Positions 13,300 to 26,095 are shown, numbered from the whole stretch's first letter. The stretch is 63,377 nt of DNA, filler included, from Octopus bimaculoides (GCF_001194135.2; 5 parts of 5 records of this genome joined end to end with filler, not necessarily neighbours in it), one strand, 5' to 3'. The notes: a model not told the origin generated them from the letters alone. Program-made: numbers and translations.

Positions 13300-13935
13300 T
13301 AGCCTGACAATGTTACAGAGGAGCCTTACCGGTTCGAGATAAACTCACCAGACACGGCCACCCTGGGCCATCGGCCTGCCCAAGATGTGAGCGGGACGTG
13401 GAACCCATCCTACACTCTATTGTGCAGTGTCCGAGCATTTCTGAAGTGTTGGTTTACGCAGAACACCTGTTGTCAGATGTGAGAAGAGTACAGCTATCAG
13501 CTGAGTCGATTTTAAAAATCAACCCACCGAATTTCCTCAAGGATGAAGGTAAGAATTGTTTTCTCATAGTAGTAGTAATTGCGAAAGAGGTGATTTGGAA
13601 GTTTGAGAATGAAAGGTTTTGTGACAGATTGCTTCATATCTGGCTCCTCCTTGGTAAACGTCTTCACGTTTCACCTGAAAAGAAAGGTGGAGCTGGAGAG
13701 CAGGTGTCTGTCCCAGAGTGTGTTTCAAAAACGATGGATGCGTGTTGCACGTATGTTGGGAATGAAAGGCCTTGCGTGAACATGACATAAGGAAAAACAC
13801 AGGTGTCGGTTAAAAAGGCAGAGCTCATGGGGCCGGAGGAAAATTGTCCTTTTTAACCTCATTTTGTCCTTAACGTTTGTTATTGTCCTTTGTGCCCCAT
13901 TCGGTGAATTCATGTTTATATAAATTTTTATTCTC
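13300..13935 (+). mobile_element. L1/Tx1-like ORF2 C-terminus (zf-RVT Cys motif) and 3' UTR
   Basis: CYRGALPVRDKLTRHGHPGPSACPRCERDVEPILHSIVQCP...AKEVIWK fits the LPxxxxLxxxG...CxxC...ExxxH...CP zinc motif at the end of L1/Tx1 ORF2. Confidence 0.75.
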
Positions 13936-14159
13936 ATTTCGTTTTATATGACCCCCAGATCATATTGTGCTGTCCCCTCTGTGTTCGTTCTTCATGGACA
14001 ATAAAAAAATTGACGTACGTCTGTGTTATTTTGTTGAATCGTTTATTGTTAAAATTGCTTCGTGTTTTTTTAACCATTTTGTTACACTTGTTTTACTGCT
14101 TTACGGCAGTCTGTTGACGCTTTCTTCCTTCGAAGAAGTGGGTAGCACAAGTATTGACG

Positions 14160-15300
14160 ATGGAGTACGAAAGCCTCTTCTCCTTGGAACTTACGTCTTC
14201 TGAGGAGGAACTATTGAAACCTGTCGAAATAATGGAGGAGCAGGTAAAGAAAAGAAAATTTGCGGCTGTCGCCAAGAGCCGCAGCAACGAAGTCGAACTA
14301 AACAGAACTGAGTAAATATAAGAACATGCTTTGTAGGGAGGGGTACGAAGTAAAGGTGTTCCCTTCCCAAGGAATTTTGAAAATACCAAGGAGAAAACTA
14401 TAATATATAGAACTACTTCATGAAAACAAAGAAAATCGAAATAACGCCAGAGAAAGGAAGTTTGGAACAGTGGAGGTGCGCTTCTGAGAGGCAGCTATTG
14501 CCAGATTACACTCAGCAACCCCTTTAAAGACAGAAGTGGTACTTCTACTCATATACCTTCGGAGACGTGCTTCCAGATTTAGGGTAGAAGATGTTCACCA
14601 GAGATTGACGTAGCCTGGCTAGTAGCTGCCATACTACTGGGCAATGAAGATAAGATAGTGGTCCTCCAAACCACAAGAATAGTTAATAAGAATTGGCAAG
14701 GGCAGAGCCTGGATATAATTATCCAGGCGGCTCCGGAGGACCTTGAAGATATAATAGAAACTATCTCTATAGAAGATGTGATAATCAGGGTTGGAGTGGA
14801 GGACAGGACCCCGCGTTGCTATAAGTGTGACCTAAAAGGCCACATTAGAGCGGACTGTCTTCCGACGCCCCAAAAACCCTAATAAGGGCCCATAAGCAGG
14901 GAGGAAATCGCACTTCCAGTGCCAACAAAAGAAAGCTGAAATGCTAAGGAAGAAGATGCAAACAACGGAGGGAATGATTGGGAAACGGTCGAAATGAAAA
15001 AGAGAAAAAAGAGGAAAAAGGTACACCCTGTGGATGTCAACCCCCATCTCACACCCACCCAAAATCCACCAACACCCACTTTGTCCCATCCTTCCCCTAC
15101 AGACGCCAACTCTCCCCAAAACCCAACTGACACAAAGAAAAACGCAGACACACAAGAGTCCCAAAACTTCCCTTCCCCCGGCCTGTGAAAAACAAAATAC
15201 GTAGTGATATACGACGGTTTAAATAAGGAACTCTGTAACGAGATAAACACCTGGGAAGATGCAATAACAGTTAATACGACAATTTATACTGGTATACCAT
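14160..15300 (+). mobile_element. Non-LTR retrotransposon ORF1 (gag-like, CCHC knuckle), decayed
   Basis: ATG at 14160 starts MEYESLLSLELTSSEEE. CYKCDLKGHIRADC (CX2CX4HX4C) lies at 14817-14858, followed by a Lys/Pro-rich tail. Several stops and frameshifts. Confidence 0.75.
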
Positions 15301-15339
15301 GGTGTTATAATTATGTGCTGGCAAGCCGGGATCAAATGT

Positions 15340-15530
15340 CAAGACACTTCGCTGCCGACTGAGATCTTTCAGGCTAGGGACGCCATTCTCATAGATCGTC
15401 ATCGACGGGCACGTTTGAAGTGGACTCAAAAACGTCAGAACTGGCGATATCAGCAGTGGAGAACTCTAGTCTTTTCTGACGAAAGTCCATTATACATTTC
15501 TGTAGCAGAAGATGCCTTGCGGTAATCAAT
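15340..15530 (+). mobile_element. Tc1-like transposase fragment
   Basis: LIDRHRRARLKWTQKRQNWRYQQWRTLVFSDES matches the Tc1 R..W....W...W..V.FSDES motif. Confidence 0.75.
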
Positions 15531-15738
15531 GCTAACGAGATATTGAGTTCATCTCTTTGGATCCAGGGTACTCCGTCGTCACGTGACACCATATGACGTC
15601 AAACATGTTTTAAGAAATGACGTTTTATCATTAGGAAAGTACGGTTTCTTAATTAGCACTCTTCAATCAATGCTATGGCAGTCTGTTAATAAACTGGTTT
15701 CTATTTAGTATGTGTACGACGTTCCTTTTGTGGTTCGG

Positions 15739-15774
<36 letters not shown>

Positions 15775-16590
15775 NNNNNNNNNNNNNNNNNNNNNNNNNN
15801 NNNNNNNNNNNNNNNNNNNNNNNNNNNNNNNNNNNNNNNNNNNNNNNNNNNNNNNNNNNNNNNNNNNNNNNNNNNNNNNNNNNNNNNNNNNNNNNNNNNN
15901 NNNNNNNNNNNNNNNNNNNNNNNNNNNNNNNNNNNNNNNNNNNNNNNNNNNNNNNNNNNNNNNNNNNNNNNNNNNNNNNNNNNNNNNNNNNNNNNNNNNN
16001 NNNNNNNNNNNNNNNNNNNNNNNNNNNNNNNNNNNNNNNNNNNNNNNNNNNNNNNNNNNNNNNNNNNNNNNNNNNNNNNNNNNNNNNNNNNNNNNNNNNN
16101 NNNNNNNNNNNNNNNNNNNNNNNNNNNNNNNNNNNNNNNNNNNNNNNNNNNNNNNNNNNNNNNNNNNNNNNNNNNNNNNNNNNNNNNNNNNNNNNNNNNN
16201 NNNNNNNNNNNNNNNNNNNNNNNNNNNNNNNNNNNNNNNNNNNNNNNNNNNNNNNNNNNNNNNNNNNNNNNNNNNNNNNNNNNNNNNNNNNNNNNNNNNN
16301 NNNNNNNNNNNNNNNNNNNNNNNNNNNNNNNNNNNNNNNNNNNNNNNNNNNNNNNNNNNNNNNNNNNNNNNNNNNNNNNNNNNNNNNNNNNNNNNNNNNN
16401 NNNNNNNNNNNNNNNNNNNNNNNNNNNNNNNNNNNNNNNNNNNNNNNNNNNNNNNNNNNNNNNNNNNNNNNNNNNNNNNNNNNNNNNNNNNNNNNNNNNN
16501 NNNNNNNNNNNNNNNNTATATATATATATATATATATATATTTGATTAATAACACGGACGGAAGATAGAAGATACAAGAATCTTTATTGA

Positions 16591-16637
16591 TCACTACAAT
16601 TGTTTCGACCCATCTAGCAACGAGCTCTCGCAGGTGA
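16591..16637 (-). ncRNA. Degenerate minimal type I hammerhead ribozyme motif (Penelope-like-element type)
   Basis: Minus strand: TCAC-CTG(A missing)CGA-GAGCTC..GGGTC-GAAAC-AATT-GTA-GTGA. This gives a 4-bp stem I, an imperfect stem II and a minimal stem III with a palindromic loop. Confidence 0.45.
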
Positions 16638-16956
16638 GATACTGCACATCTGGTTTAAGTGTATCCCTCTGTGTAGATGTGTCTACTCACATGATTTCAA
16701 GAGGTATCTCGTTAAAATAAACTCTGTTTCGCAAGATTTCTTCTTGTCTTCGTATATAGAAATGGTAATTTAAGGTATACAACTTCATTGTCAAAGAAGA
16801 TCCAGAACAAATATCAGATACAAAAAGAAAGAAATACACAAAAAGTATTAGATATAACCGTTAGTAGATATCAATGTACAAACGCCCACACATACGTGGT
16901 CTGTTGCAGGTACACTCGCCTGTACAAACGCACACGCACATACAAGCACACACACA

Positions 16957-17026
<70 letters not shown>

Positions 17027-17657
17027 NNNNNNNNNNNNNNNNNNNNNNNNNNNNNNNNNNNNNNNNNNNNNNNNNNNNNNNNNNNNNNNNNNNNNNNNNN
17101 NNNNNNNNNNNNNNNNNNNNNNNNNNNNNNNNNNNNNNNNNNNNNNNNNNNNNNNNNNNNNNNNNNNNNNNNNNNNNNNNNNNNNNNNNNNNNNNNNNNN
17201 NNNNNNNNNNNNNNNNNNNNNNNNNNNNNNNNNNNNNNNNNNNNNNNNNNNNNNNNNNNNNNNNNNNNNNNNNNNNNNNNNNNNNNNNNNNNNNNNNNNN
17301 NNNNNNNNNNNNNNNNNNNNNNNNNNNNNNNNNNNNNNNNNNNNNNNNNNNNNNNNNNNNNNNNNNNNNNNNNNNNNNNNNNNNNNNNNNNNNNNNNNNN
17401 NNNNNNNNNNNNNNNNNNNNNNNNNNNNNNNNNNNNNNNNNNNNNNNNNNNNNNNNNNNNNNNNNNNNNNNNNNNNNNNNNNNNNNNNNNNNNNNNNNNN
17501 NNNNNNNNNNNNNNNNNNNNNNNNNNNNNNNNNNNNNNNNNNNNNNNNNNNNNNNNNNNNNAACCGAACAATTGTCGCATATATTTACAGATAAATTCCT
17601 CTATTTGCATAATATCGAGGTTTCTTTTATTCTTTTGCTGTCTTACCATTTCTATCA

Positions 17658-17717
<60 letters not shown>

Positions 17718-17805
17718 GTGCGTGCGTGTGTGTCTATGTATGTATGTATGTATGCATGCTTGTATGCCTATATATATATGCATATGCATGTATCTTTGTA
17801 TCTAT

Positions 17806-18017
17806 GTTTGTCCCCCACCATCACTTGACAACCGATGTTGGTGTGTTTACTCCCCGTAACATATCGGTTCGGCAAAAAACGTCCGATAGAATAAGTACTA
17901 GGTTTACAAAGAATAAGTCCTCGGTTCGATTTCTTCGACTAAAAACATCTTTAAGGCGGTGCTCCAATATGGCCGCAGTCAAATGACTGAAACATGTAAA
18001 AGAATAAAAGAATAAAA
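17806..18017 (+). mobile_element. SINE family 1, 3' half with LINE-like tail
   Basis: CTTGACAACCGATG.TGGTGTGTTTAC...GGCGGTGCTCCA.ATGGCCGCAGTCAAATGACTGAAAC followed by (AAAAGAAT)n. Confidence 0.85.
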
Positions 18018-18554
18018 ATATATATATTAACATAAACAGAATTTAAATTCGTGCTACTATATATATTACATGCTTCTGATAGTACAATAGTCGGACGAGC
18101 TTATGTAGCGTGCCGTGTACTATCGGGCAATATTTCAGGCTCAAAAACCAACATGACTCCTGTCTGAAGAAAGCAAGAAAGAACGAATAAAAATAAAGTG
18201 AATGAAAAAACAGGAAACGAGAAAAGATGCATGTAGGGAAGGGAGATAAGAGTTATGCCCCTTTTGAACCTTCGGTATGAGAATTAACAATGGTTGATGT
18301 GGCAAATCTGACGATTTTGAGCCTTAAAGACTGCCCGATAATACACGGCGTTGCATACAACTTCGTCTGCCTATTGTACGAACAGAAGCATGAAACTTAT
18401 AGCAGCTCGCATTTCACTATATTAACTGATATTTATCTCGCTGCATGGAGTATTTTTTTGCGGATCCCACCAATAGCGGAAGACGACACGATGTATCCAT
18501 ACACACACTTATAGATATATGTATATACACACACACACACCGCATACACATATA

Positions 18555-19397
18555 CGTAACCTGATAAATAAGTATCCGGTCTGTGGCCATAGTAACGAAG
18601 CTAAAGCACACAGAGTTAAGTGGCTTGGCACAGATTGACCTTGAACTCTGCTTTTACTGTTTACAGCAGTGCTTAGAAGAGAAGAATATAGCGTGTAATC
18701 GTCTCATTGACCATGACAGAGAAAGTTAAGCAGAGAATCTGCATCAAATTTTGTCAAAAGGTTGGTGACACCTGCTCAGAGACCTACGCAAAATTTTCAA
18801 AAAGTTTTCATCGTTCTCGACACAATCAAGATCTTCTAGAACTGAAACCCGTATGTGTTTTTGGTCAGCTGAAAACAGTTTTGGCACAAACTTAGCAGAC
18901 ACGCGTCTCATACCAAAATCTTCAGTGATAATGGACTGAACTGAACCGTAACTAACCTGCGCATCCTCTAGTAACTCACGGATGGCGATTCGACTCTTTC
19001 CCCTTCACAGCTGCACGCACATGTGCGATGTTTTTTCTCAGTTCTGCTGGTTGCGGGTCTCCCAGAACGTTTGTCAATATCGACATTTTTTCGAACATCT
19101 TGAAAACGTCTGAACCACTCGTACTCTTGTATGCACCTCATACACTCCTCTCCATACACTTTCTGCAACTTTACGTAGGTCTCTGAGCAGGTATCTCCAT
19201 GACAATTTTCTCTGTCATGGTCAATGCGACGATCACACGCTACACACCTTCTTTCCAAGCACTGCTGTAAACAACAGAAGTGAGCTAGAACGTTGAAACA
19301 GCAGAGATGAAGGTCAATCTTTGCTAAGCGGCTTCACTTTGTGTGTTTTAGCTTTGTTACTATGGCAAAAGTCCGGATACTTATTGATTAGACCTCG
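18555..19397. mobile_element. Mariner-derived non-autonomous element with two inverted 5' ends
   Basis: TA-flanked TIR-like ends (…ATAAGTATCCGG on both sides). The plus strand reads MTEKVKQRICIKFCQKVGDTCSETY. The minus strand reads GDTCSETYVKLQKVYGE...WFRRF...RSGRP...MRRVSAKFVPKL. Confidence 0.85.
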
Positions 19398-19559
19398 TAC
19401 ACACACGCACACACGCGCGCATGCACAAACACAAACACACACACACACACAAGTACACAGACATATAAATACATAAATAATACACCGTGTCCGATACACT
19501 CGGACACAACGCATCACCTCTGGGAGTTAGCAGTGATAAGATATACACTAAAGGGCATG

Positions 19560-19609
<50 letters not shown>

Positions 19610-20432
19610 CGCGCGTGCACTGTAACTTATATCTAATCTAATAATCTCAGATTATTTTCCAGTTTTAATTGATTTTCTCACTCTCTCTGTCGTTCCTTCT
19701 CTCTCTCTCACNNNNNNNNNNNNNNNNNNNNNNNNNNNNNNNNNNNNNNNNNNNNNNNNNNNNNNNNNNNNNNNNNNNNNNNNNNNNNNNNNNNNNNNNN
19801 NNNNNNNNNNNNNNNNNNNNNNNNNNNNNNNNNNNNNNNNNNNNNNNNNNNNNNNNNNNNNNNNNNNNNNNNNNNNNNNNNNNNNNNNNNNNNNNNNNNN
19901 NNNNNNNNNNNNNNNNNNNNNNNNNNNNNNNNNNNNNNNNNNNNNNNNNNNNNNNNNNNNNNNNNNNNNNNNNNNNNNNNNNNNNNNNNNNNNNNNNNNN
20001 NNNNNNNNNNNNNNNNNNNNNNNNNNNNNNNNNNNNNNNNNNNNNNNNNNNNNNNNNNNNNNNNNNNNNNNNNNNNNNNNNNNNNNNNNNNNNNNNNNNN
20101 NNNNNNNNNNNNNNNNNNNNNNNNNNNNNNNNNNNNNNNNNNNNNNNNNNNNNNNNNNNNNNNNNNNNNNNNNNNNNNNNNNNNNNNNNNNNNNNNNNNN
20201 NNNNNNNNNNNNNNNNNNNNNNNNNNNNNNNNNNNNNNNNNNNNNNNNNNNNNNNNNNNNNNNNNNNNNNNNNNNNNNNNNNNNNNNNNNNNNNNNNNNN
20301 NNNNNNNNNNNNNNNNNNNNNNNNNNNNNNNNNNNNNNNNNNNNNNNNNNNNNNNNNNNNNNNNNNNNNNNNNNNNNNNNNNNNNNNNNNNNNNNNNNNN
20401 NNNNNNNNNNNNNNNNNNNNNNNNNNNNNNNN

Positions 20433-20481
<49 letters not shown>

Positions 20482-21005
20482 ATTAATCAAAGTATATAGC
20501 AATATTGATCCATTGCAGTCGAACTTACTAATCGGTTTCACACCGGATATTAGATTACTGGATCGTTATCTAATAACTGTGCTCATCAGAGATGGAAGGT
20601 ATGGAGTGTGTGGGGTGTGTATGTGTGCATGTATGGCATGATATATATGTATGTATGCGTATATATGTGTGTATGTGTGTGTGTATATATACATAATTTT
20701 ATGTATACCATCATATCAAGAGGGAAGGGTGTAATTTGAGGGAAGTTTAGCAGTTATTTCTAATAAGTCAAGCAACCAGGTAGACGTTTCCTTGAGGGCT
20801 GGGCTAAAACTAGGTAGCGGTGAGGAGGAATGTATAGCACAATTCCAGCAGATTAGCATCCAATTTTATTGACTCCGGTGGGATGAAAGACAAAAGAGAT
20901 AGTTTGATAGGGGTTGAACGTACAAAGATAAGGAAGGCAATTAAATACTGCAAAACATTCAAGTAAACAATGTTGATTCATCTCAAATTTGCAGAAATTG
21001 GCCCC

Positions 21006-21320
21006 AGGCGTGATTGTGTGGTTAAAAAACTTGCTTCCCTACTACGCGGTCTTAGATTCAGTCCCACTACGTGGCACTCGGTCAAGTGTTTCTACAATAG
21101 CCCCAGGTCCGACCAAAGCCTTGTGAATGGATTTGGTAGACGGAAACTGAAAGAAGCTCGTCGTATATATATATAAATATATGTATGTGTGTGTGTGTCC
21201 CCGTCTGTTTATGTTATTTTTGTCTTCCACCACCACCACCTGACAACCGGTATTGGTTTGTTTACATCCACGTAGCCTAGCGGTTTGGCAAAAGAGACCA
21301 ATAGTATAAATACCAGCTTT
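21006..21320 (+). mobile_element. SINE family 1 copy
   Basis: tRNA-like head, GGATTTGGTAGACGGAAACTGAAAGAAG core, (TA/TG)n spacer and a partial 3' half. Confidence 0.85.
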
Positions 21321-21384
21321 TATTACATCCATCCATCCATACATACATACATACATACATATACATACATATATATACATACAT

Positions 21385-21590
21385 ATTTCAGTTATTAGAC
21401 TGCGGTCATGCTGGAGCACCACCTTGGAGAATTTTTGGTCGAACTCATCGACCCAAATACATATTTTCTTTTTAAGCTCGGTACTTATTCTATCAGTCAA
21501 TTTTGCCGGACCGCTAAGCTACAGGGACGTAAGCACACTAACACCAGGACGTCAAGCGGTGGTGAGGGGACAAACACAGACACAGACACT
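21385..21590 (-). mobile_element. SINE family 1, 3' half (inverted relative to the 21006 copy)
   Basis: GACTGCGGTCATGCTGGAGCACC...TTGCCGGACCGCTAAG...GGGACAAACACAGACAC is the reverse complement of the family 3' half. Confidence 0.8.
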
Positions 21591-21825
21591 TCCCCCGCAC
21601 ACACACACACAAACACAAACACACACATACACTCAGACACACACATCATCTCGAGACAAAACCCTTCAATCAAAGTATTGCTCCAACATGGCCTCTGCCC
21701 AATGACTGAAACATGTATAATATAAAAGTCAAGATAAAAAGTAGAATTTAAGCTAAAAGCATGCCGGAAGGAGAGTGTAAGTAAGCTACCAAAGATTAAT
21801 TTCAGTTTCTGGTTGTAAGCTGTTT

Positions 21826-22196
21826 TGTTGTTGGCACTCCGTCGCTAACAACGTCGAGGGTTCCAGTTGATCCGATCAATGGAACAGCCTGCTCGTGAAA
21901 TTAACGTGCAAGTGGCTGAGTACTCCACAGACACGTGTACCCTTAACGTAGTTCTCGGGGATATTCAGCGTGACACAGTGTGACAAAGCTGACCCTTTGA
22001 ATTACAGGCACAATAGAAACAGGAAGTAAGAGTGAGAGAAAGTTGTGGTGGAAGACTACAGAAGGCTTCGCTACCATCCCCTGCCGGAGACTCGTGGAGC
22101 TTTAGGTGTTTTCGCTCAATAAACACTCACAACGCCCGGTCTGGGAATCGAAGCCGCGAGTCCGCTGCCCTAACCACTGGGCCATTGCGCCTCCAC
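21826..22196 (-). mobile_element. tRNA-derived SINE family 2 (GGAGGCGCAATGGCCCAGTGGTTAGGG head, CAA-repeat tail)
   Basis: Near full-length reverse complement of the 38161-38555 copy. Confidence 0.9.
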
Positions 22197-22913
22197 TCTG
22201 GTTGTAAGCATGTAGCAGATATACTGCAATATTACTTTTGGGAAAAGTACAAATTCTACAATATCTAGTTGTTAGGCAGTTTTATCGAAACAAAAGGACC
22301 CTATTAATATCTTTACAAGTGAGTACCCATGGAAAATCCATGGGTCATAAATATTCAGTTTTATAGTTAATTACTTGCGGTAAACTGTTTTGAAAGGGAT
22401 TAATTGAATAAAATGCATGTTCTTTTTTAGAATTTAATAAATAATAAAAAAAAAATATTTATTCTCAAACATATATATGCATACACACGTAGTATGTGTG
22501 CGCGTGTGTGTATATATGTGTATATTTTTGTGCACGCGCGTGTCTGTGTATCTATATATGTATGTATGTTATATAATATATATGTATTATAACACATATG
22601 TATATATTATATATACGTTTATAAAATTCATCCATGCACACACAAACACACGTGCGTGTACACACACAAACACACATACAAACGGATATTGAACATACCT
22701 ACATACATACATAAATACATATATGAATATATACATACACACACTCGCGCACGCACATTTACAAACAGATATTGAACATACCCACCTACATACATAAATA
22801 CATACATAAATACATACACACACACTTGCACGTACACGCATATTATACATCGATAGTGTGCAAGCATTTCTATTCAGTATTCAACTAACTAAACGGCCTG
22901 TTATCGTTTCCAG

Positions 22914-23052
22914 GATGTACAGAGATATTAAAGTATATCATAGCTCAGCAAACTAATCGACATGCAGTAGTTGCACGAAATTCAGACAACGAAAGTACTA
23001 TAGCAGTTAATTACCTGTGGTGTGCATTTTGGGGAAATGGACCAGTAGAGTG
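22914..23052 (+). CDS. Candidate coding exon (phase 1 to 2) of the unknown tail-anchored protein gene; weakly ankyrin-like
   Basis: CTAAC branch-like motif and ttatcgtttccag acceptor. The only long open frame is GCTEILKYIIAQQTNRHAVVARNSDNESTIAVNYLWCAFWGNGPVE. The donor TG|gtagac is weak but phase-compatible with 25713. Confidence 0.35.
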
Positions 23053-24961
23053 GTAGACGCACACAACTAATATTAGTAAATAATATGTCGTATAGCTGGT
23101 AAAAAGTAAGCCCCAAGGAAACTAGTGTCGCGATCTGAACCTGTCTCACTTTATTTACGTCGAACACACTGTTTAGAAGCTTAACAATGTTGCCTTTATG
23201 CAGTCAGTCAACCTATTAGAACTAGCGGCGAAATTTCCTTCAACTCACGCACAACCGACTTAATCAAATTAAAGGACACATTTTGTGTCCATGATACAAG
23301 ATACCAGGAAAAGTGATGGAATAATCACAGTCATAACTCCTTTAATCATAGGCCTGATTGATTACAGTTGATCTTGAGTTAAAAACTAGTAGTAGTAACA
23401 ACAGCAATATATTTTATAAAAACACAACTCTTATTTTTGTCATTCTTATATGTCTTAAGCTTCCTGCGTTCCTCCATTAAATCGTTATTATACACCAGCA
23501 TAACTACAGCAAAAAATTGATAGACTATGTACGAAAACGAATTTGCTTTAAAAAGGCTAATTTGCGGGAAAGACAGCCTCAGCGTCAATTTTGTGGTAAA
23601 AGGAGCTTTAAAACAATAAAGAGAAAGAAAAAAGGATTCCTCCTGTTCATAAAAGGCCACCAAATGTGAATAACAAACTGCAAGCCAGAGAGCCAAAGCA
23701 ATTAGATATTTTTACTTTAACGCTTGTGGTTAGTTTCAGGCTGTTGGTGAATGTAGTAAATAGAAGACATCTATTGACATTCTACTATGAGTAGGGAAAA
23801 TAAATCGATAGATGAACACAAGTCAATCAATGAAATGGGAGCGAAAATCAATAAAGAAGCAGCAAGTTTAGTGGAGGTAGTATTTAAGAGAAACACCAGG
23901 AGATACAGTTGCGGAAATCAAGTTGACAGAGATGTATTTACTTTCAAAGGAAGATGAATGTATTTTCACAAACCTCTGTGGTCCACAGATTATCTCCGCT
24001 ACCAACGTTGTTAAGAGACGACTCTTTCATTGGACAGTATGCTAATCTAAAGAGATGGCTTTTCCTGTAGAAAGATTTTTAATTGAGAACTGCAAGTCAA
24101 GAAATCTCTCGTTGGCTTTAGAATGAAGCTGTTGGTTTTGTATCGCTTAGGAGGGCAGGTGGTGACCGTAATCCTTTACAGAACTTCTGAGTTTAGTGGA
24201 GGAGAGGAATGTATCCTCAAACCGCGGACCTGGCCCTTTTAACAGAGTGAACTAACTCCACTAAAGGCACTTGAAGACTAGGTGTAGTGTTAAAAGGGCA
24301 ATGGGTTAAGTCTACCACCCAAAAAATACCTTGGCAAGATTTCAACACAGAGTGCAAAGGGCTAGAATAAATACTGCAAATCATCCTATCTGACGATTCT
24401 TCTAGTCTCAGTCCTATATACGTGTACTATATTTATCATCTCCGAAAGAATGGATATTGATGCTCTATCGGCCGTACCAATTCGCTGCCTACGTTGGTTA
24501 GTTGCTCATATACTTTGGTGTCTATTTACAGCTCAGAGCCAGGGCAAATATTAACCAGAGATAGATTGGCGGTGACAGAGTATACTTCCACATTGACTTC
24601 CCTATCTCTTAGATGATTGATCCAGTGCACCATCAACACGGTTGCCCACACTCTTTTTCAAGTAGGACAGATGAGTAAATCGATACTTACCGGCAAGTTA
24701 GTAAATAATAAATAAGCGCAGAGAAATAAATCTGATTCATCAAATGCTAGACGGAATTCAGAATTTGGCCTCCTTTTGTTTTTACGTTGATAGTCTAATA
24801 CAATGAAACGATTTTACAGTGTTGAAGGGGAAAATGCTGGACCACTAAACATCCTGTTGTCACTCGATATACATAAAGCCTAAATGTTGATTAATCTCCT
24901 TTTAATGCTCTTGAAAAAAGAATTCGAGGACATAATATTCCATTCTCCACTTCGTTGGTCT

Positions 24962-25187
24962 GGCGAGTTGGCAGAATCGTTAGCACGCCGGGCGAAATGC
25001 TTAGCAGTATTTCGTCTGTATTACGAGTTCAAATTTCGCCGAGGTCGACTTTGCCTTTCATCCTTTCGGGGTCGATTGAATAAGTACCAGTTACGCACTG
25101 GTGTCGATGTAATCGACTTAATCCCTTTGTCTGTCCTTGTTTGTCCCTTCTATGCTTAGCCCCCTGTGTATAATAAAGAAATAAATA
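24962..25187 (+). mobile_element. tRNA-derived SINE (GGTCGACTTTGCCTTTCATCC family); a partial copy follows at about 25225-25400
   Basis: GGCGAGTTGGCAGAATCGTTAGCACGCCGGGCGAAATGCTTAGC...GAGTTCAAATT.CGCCGAGGTCGACTTTGCC. Confidence 0.85.
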
Positions 25188-25712
25188 TATTATATAATAT
25201 TTTAATACTATATAACAGTATGGCAGTTCGTCCGTCTTAAAGTATTGAGTTAAAATTCCGAGGAGGCCGACTTTGTCTTTCATCCTTTCGGAGTCAATAA
25301 AATAAGTGCCAGTTGAGCACTGGGGTGGGGGAGGTCGATTAAATCGAATAACCCTTCCTCTAGAATTACTTACCTTGTGCCAAAATTTGAAATCAATATT
25401 ATATAACAATATATTATTTCAAATTTTATAAAATAATATATTTTAAATTTTCTGGCACAAATATTTGTACATGAAGAACCAGTTATAAGCAAATACATAC
25501 GCAAAATACTAAGGATCATTAGTCAATGAGGAAATGTCTCTGGGATCGCTCTACCTTCAAGAAATTGTAGCCAATTCACCCTCAAATCACATCCTCCAGA
25601 AAATATAAGGCGGTCAAAACATGAATGCGCAATAAGATTTGTCTTGAGATAAAATAATAATAACAGCAGCAACAAACATTTTGAAAGAATGTTTAAAAAG
25701 TTCGCTTCGCAG

Positions 25713-25781
25713 TCATGAGGTCTCGGTCGAAGGAAGATTCAGGGAGAAAGAGGAAGAAAAACTGAACGTGCTTAGCGCAGG
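25713..25781 (+). CDS. Candidate 69-nt coding exon (phase 2 to 2)
   Basis: Acceptor ttcgcttcgcag; frame HEVSVEGRFREKEEEKLNVLSA; donor GG|gtaata. GG+A joins in frame to the exon at 34965. Confidence 0.45.
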
Positions 25782-25800
25782 GTAATATGTTTTAGTGGAA

Positions 25801-25859
<59 letters not shown>

Positions 25860-26056
25860 GGTGTAAGTGTGTTTACCGAAGGAAACGCCGCTTCGACCTA
25901 TCCACATGGATACATCGACGAATGGAAGATAGAAAGATGGATGGCTAAATATATCGCTAGGCACTTAAACTGAAATACCAGCTCAAAAGCTGTGATCCTT
26001 ATTTAGTGTATCTTTTATTATTTCTTTATTAGGTTTACATATCCGTATTGCCAGAG

Positions 26057-26095
<39 letters not shown>

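Noticed and set aside
16620-16640. Strong donor CAG|GTGAGA
   Set aside because: It lies within the Penelope-like/hammerhead relic and has no upstream acceptor or open exon.
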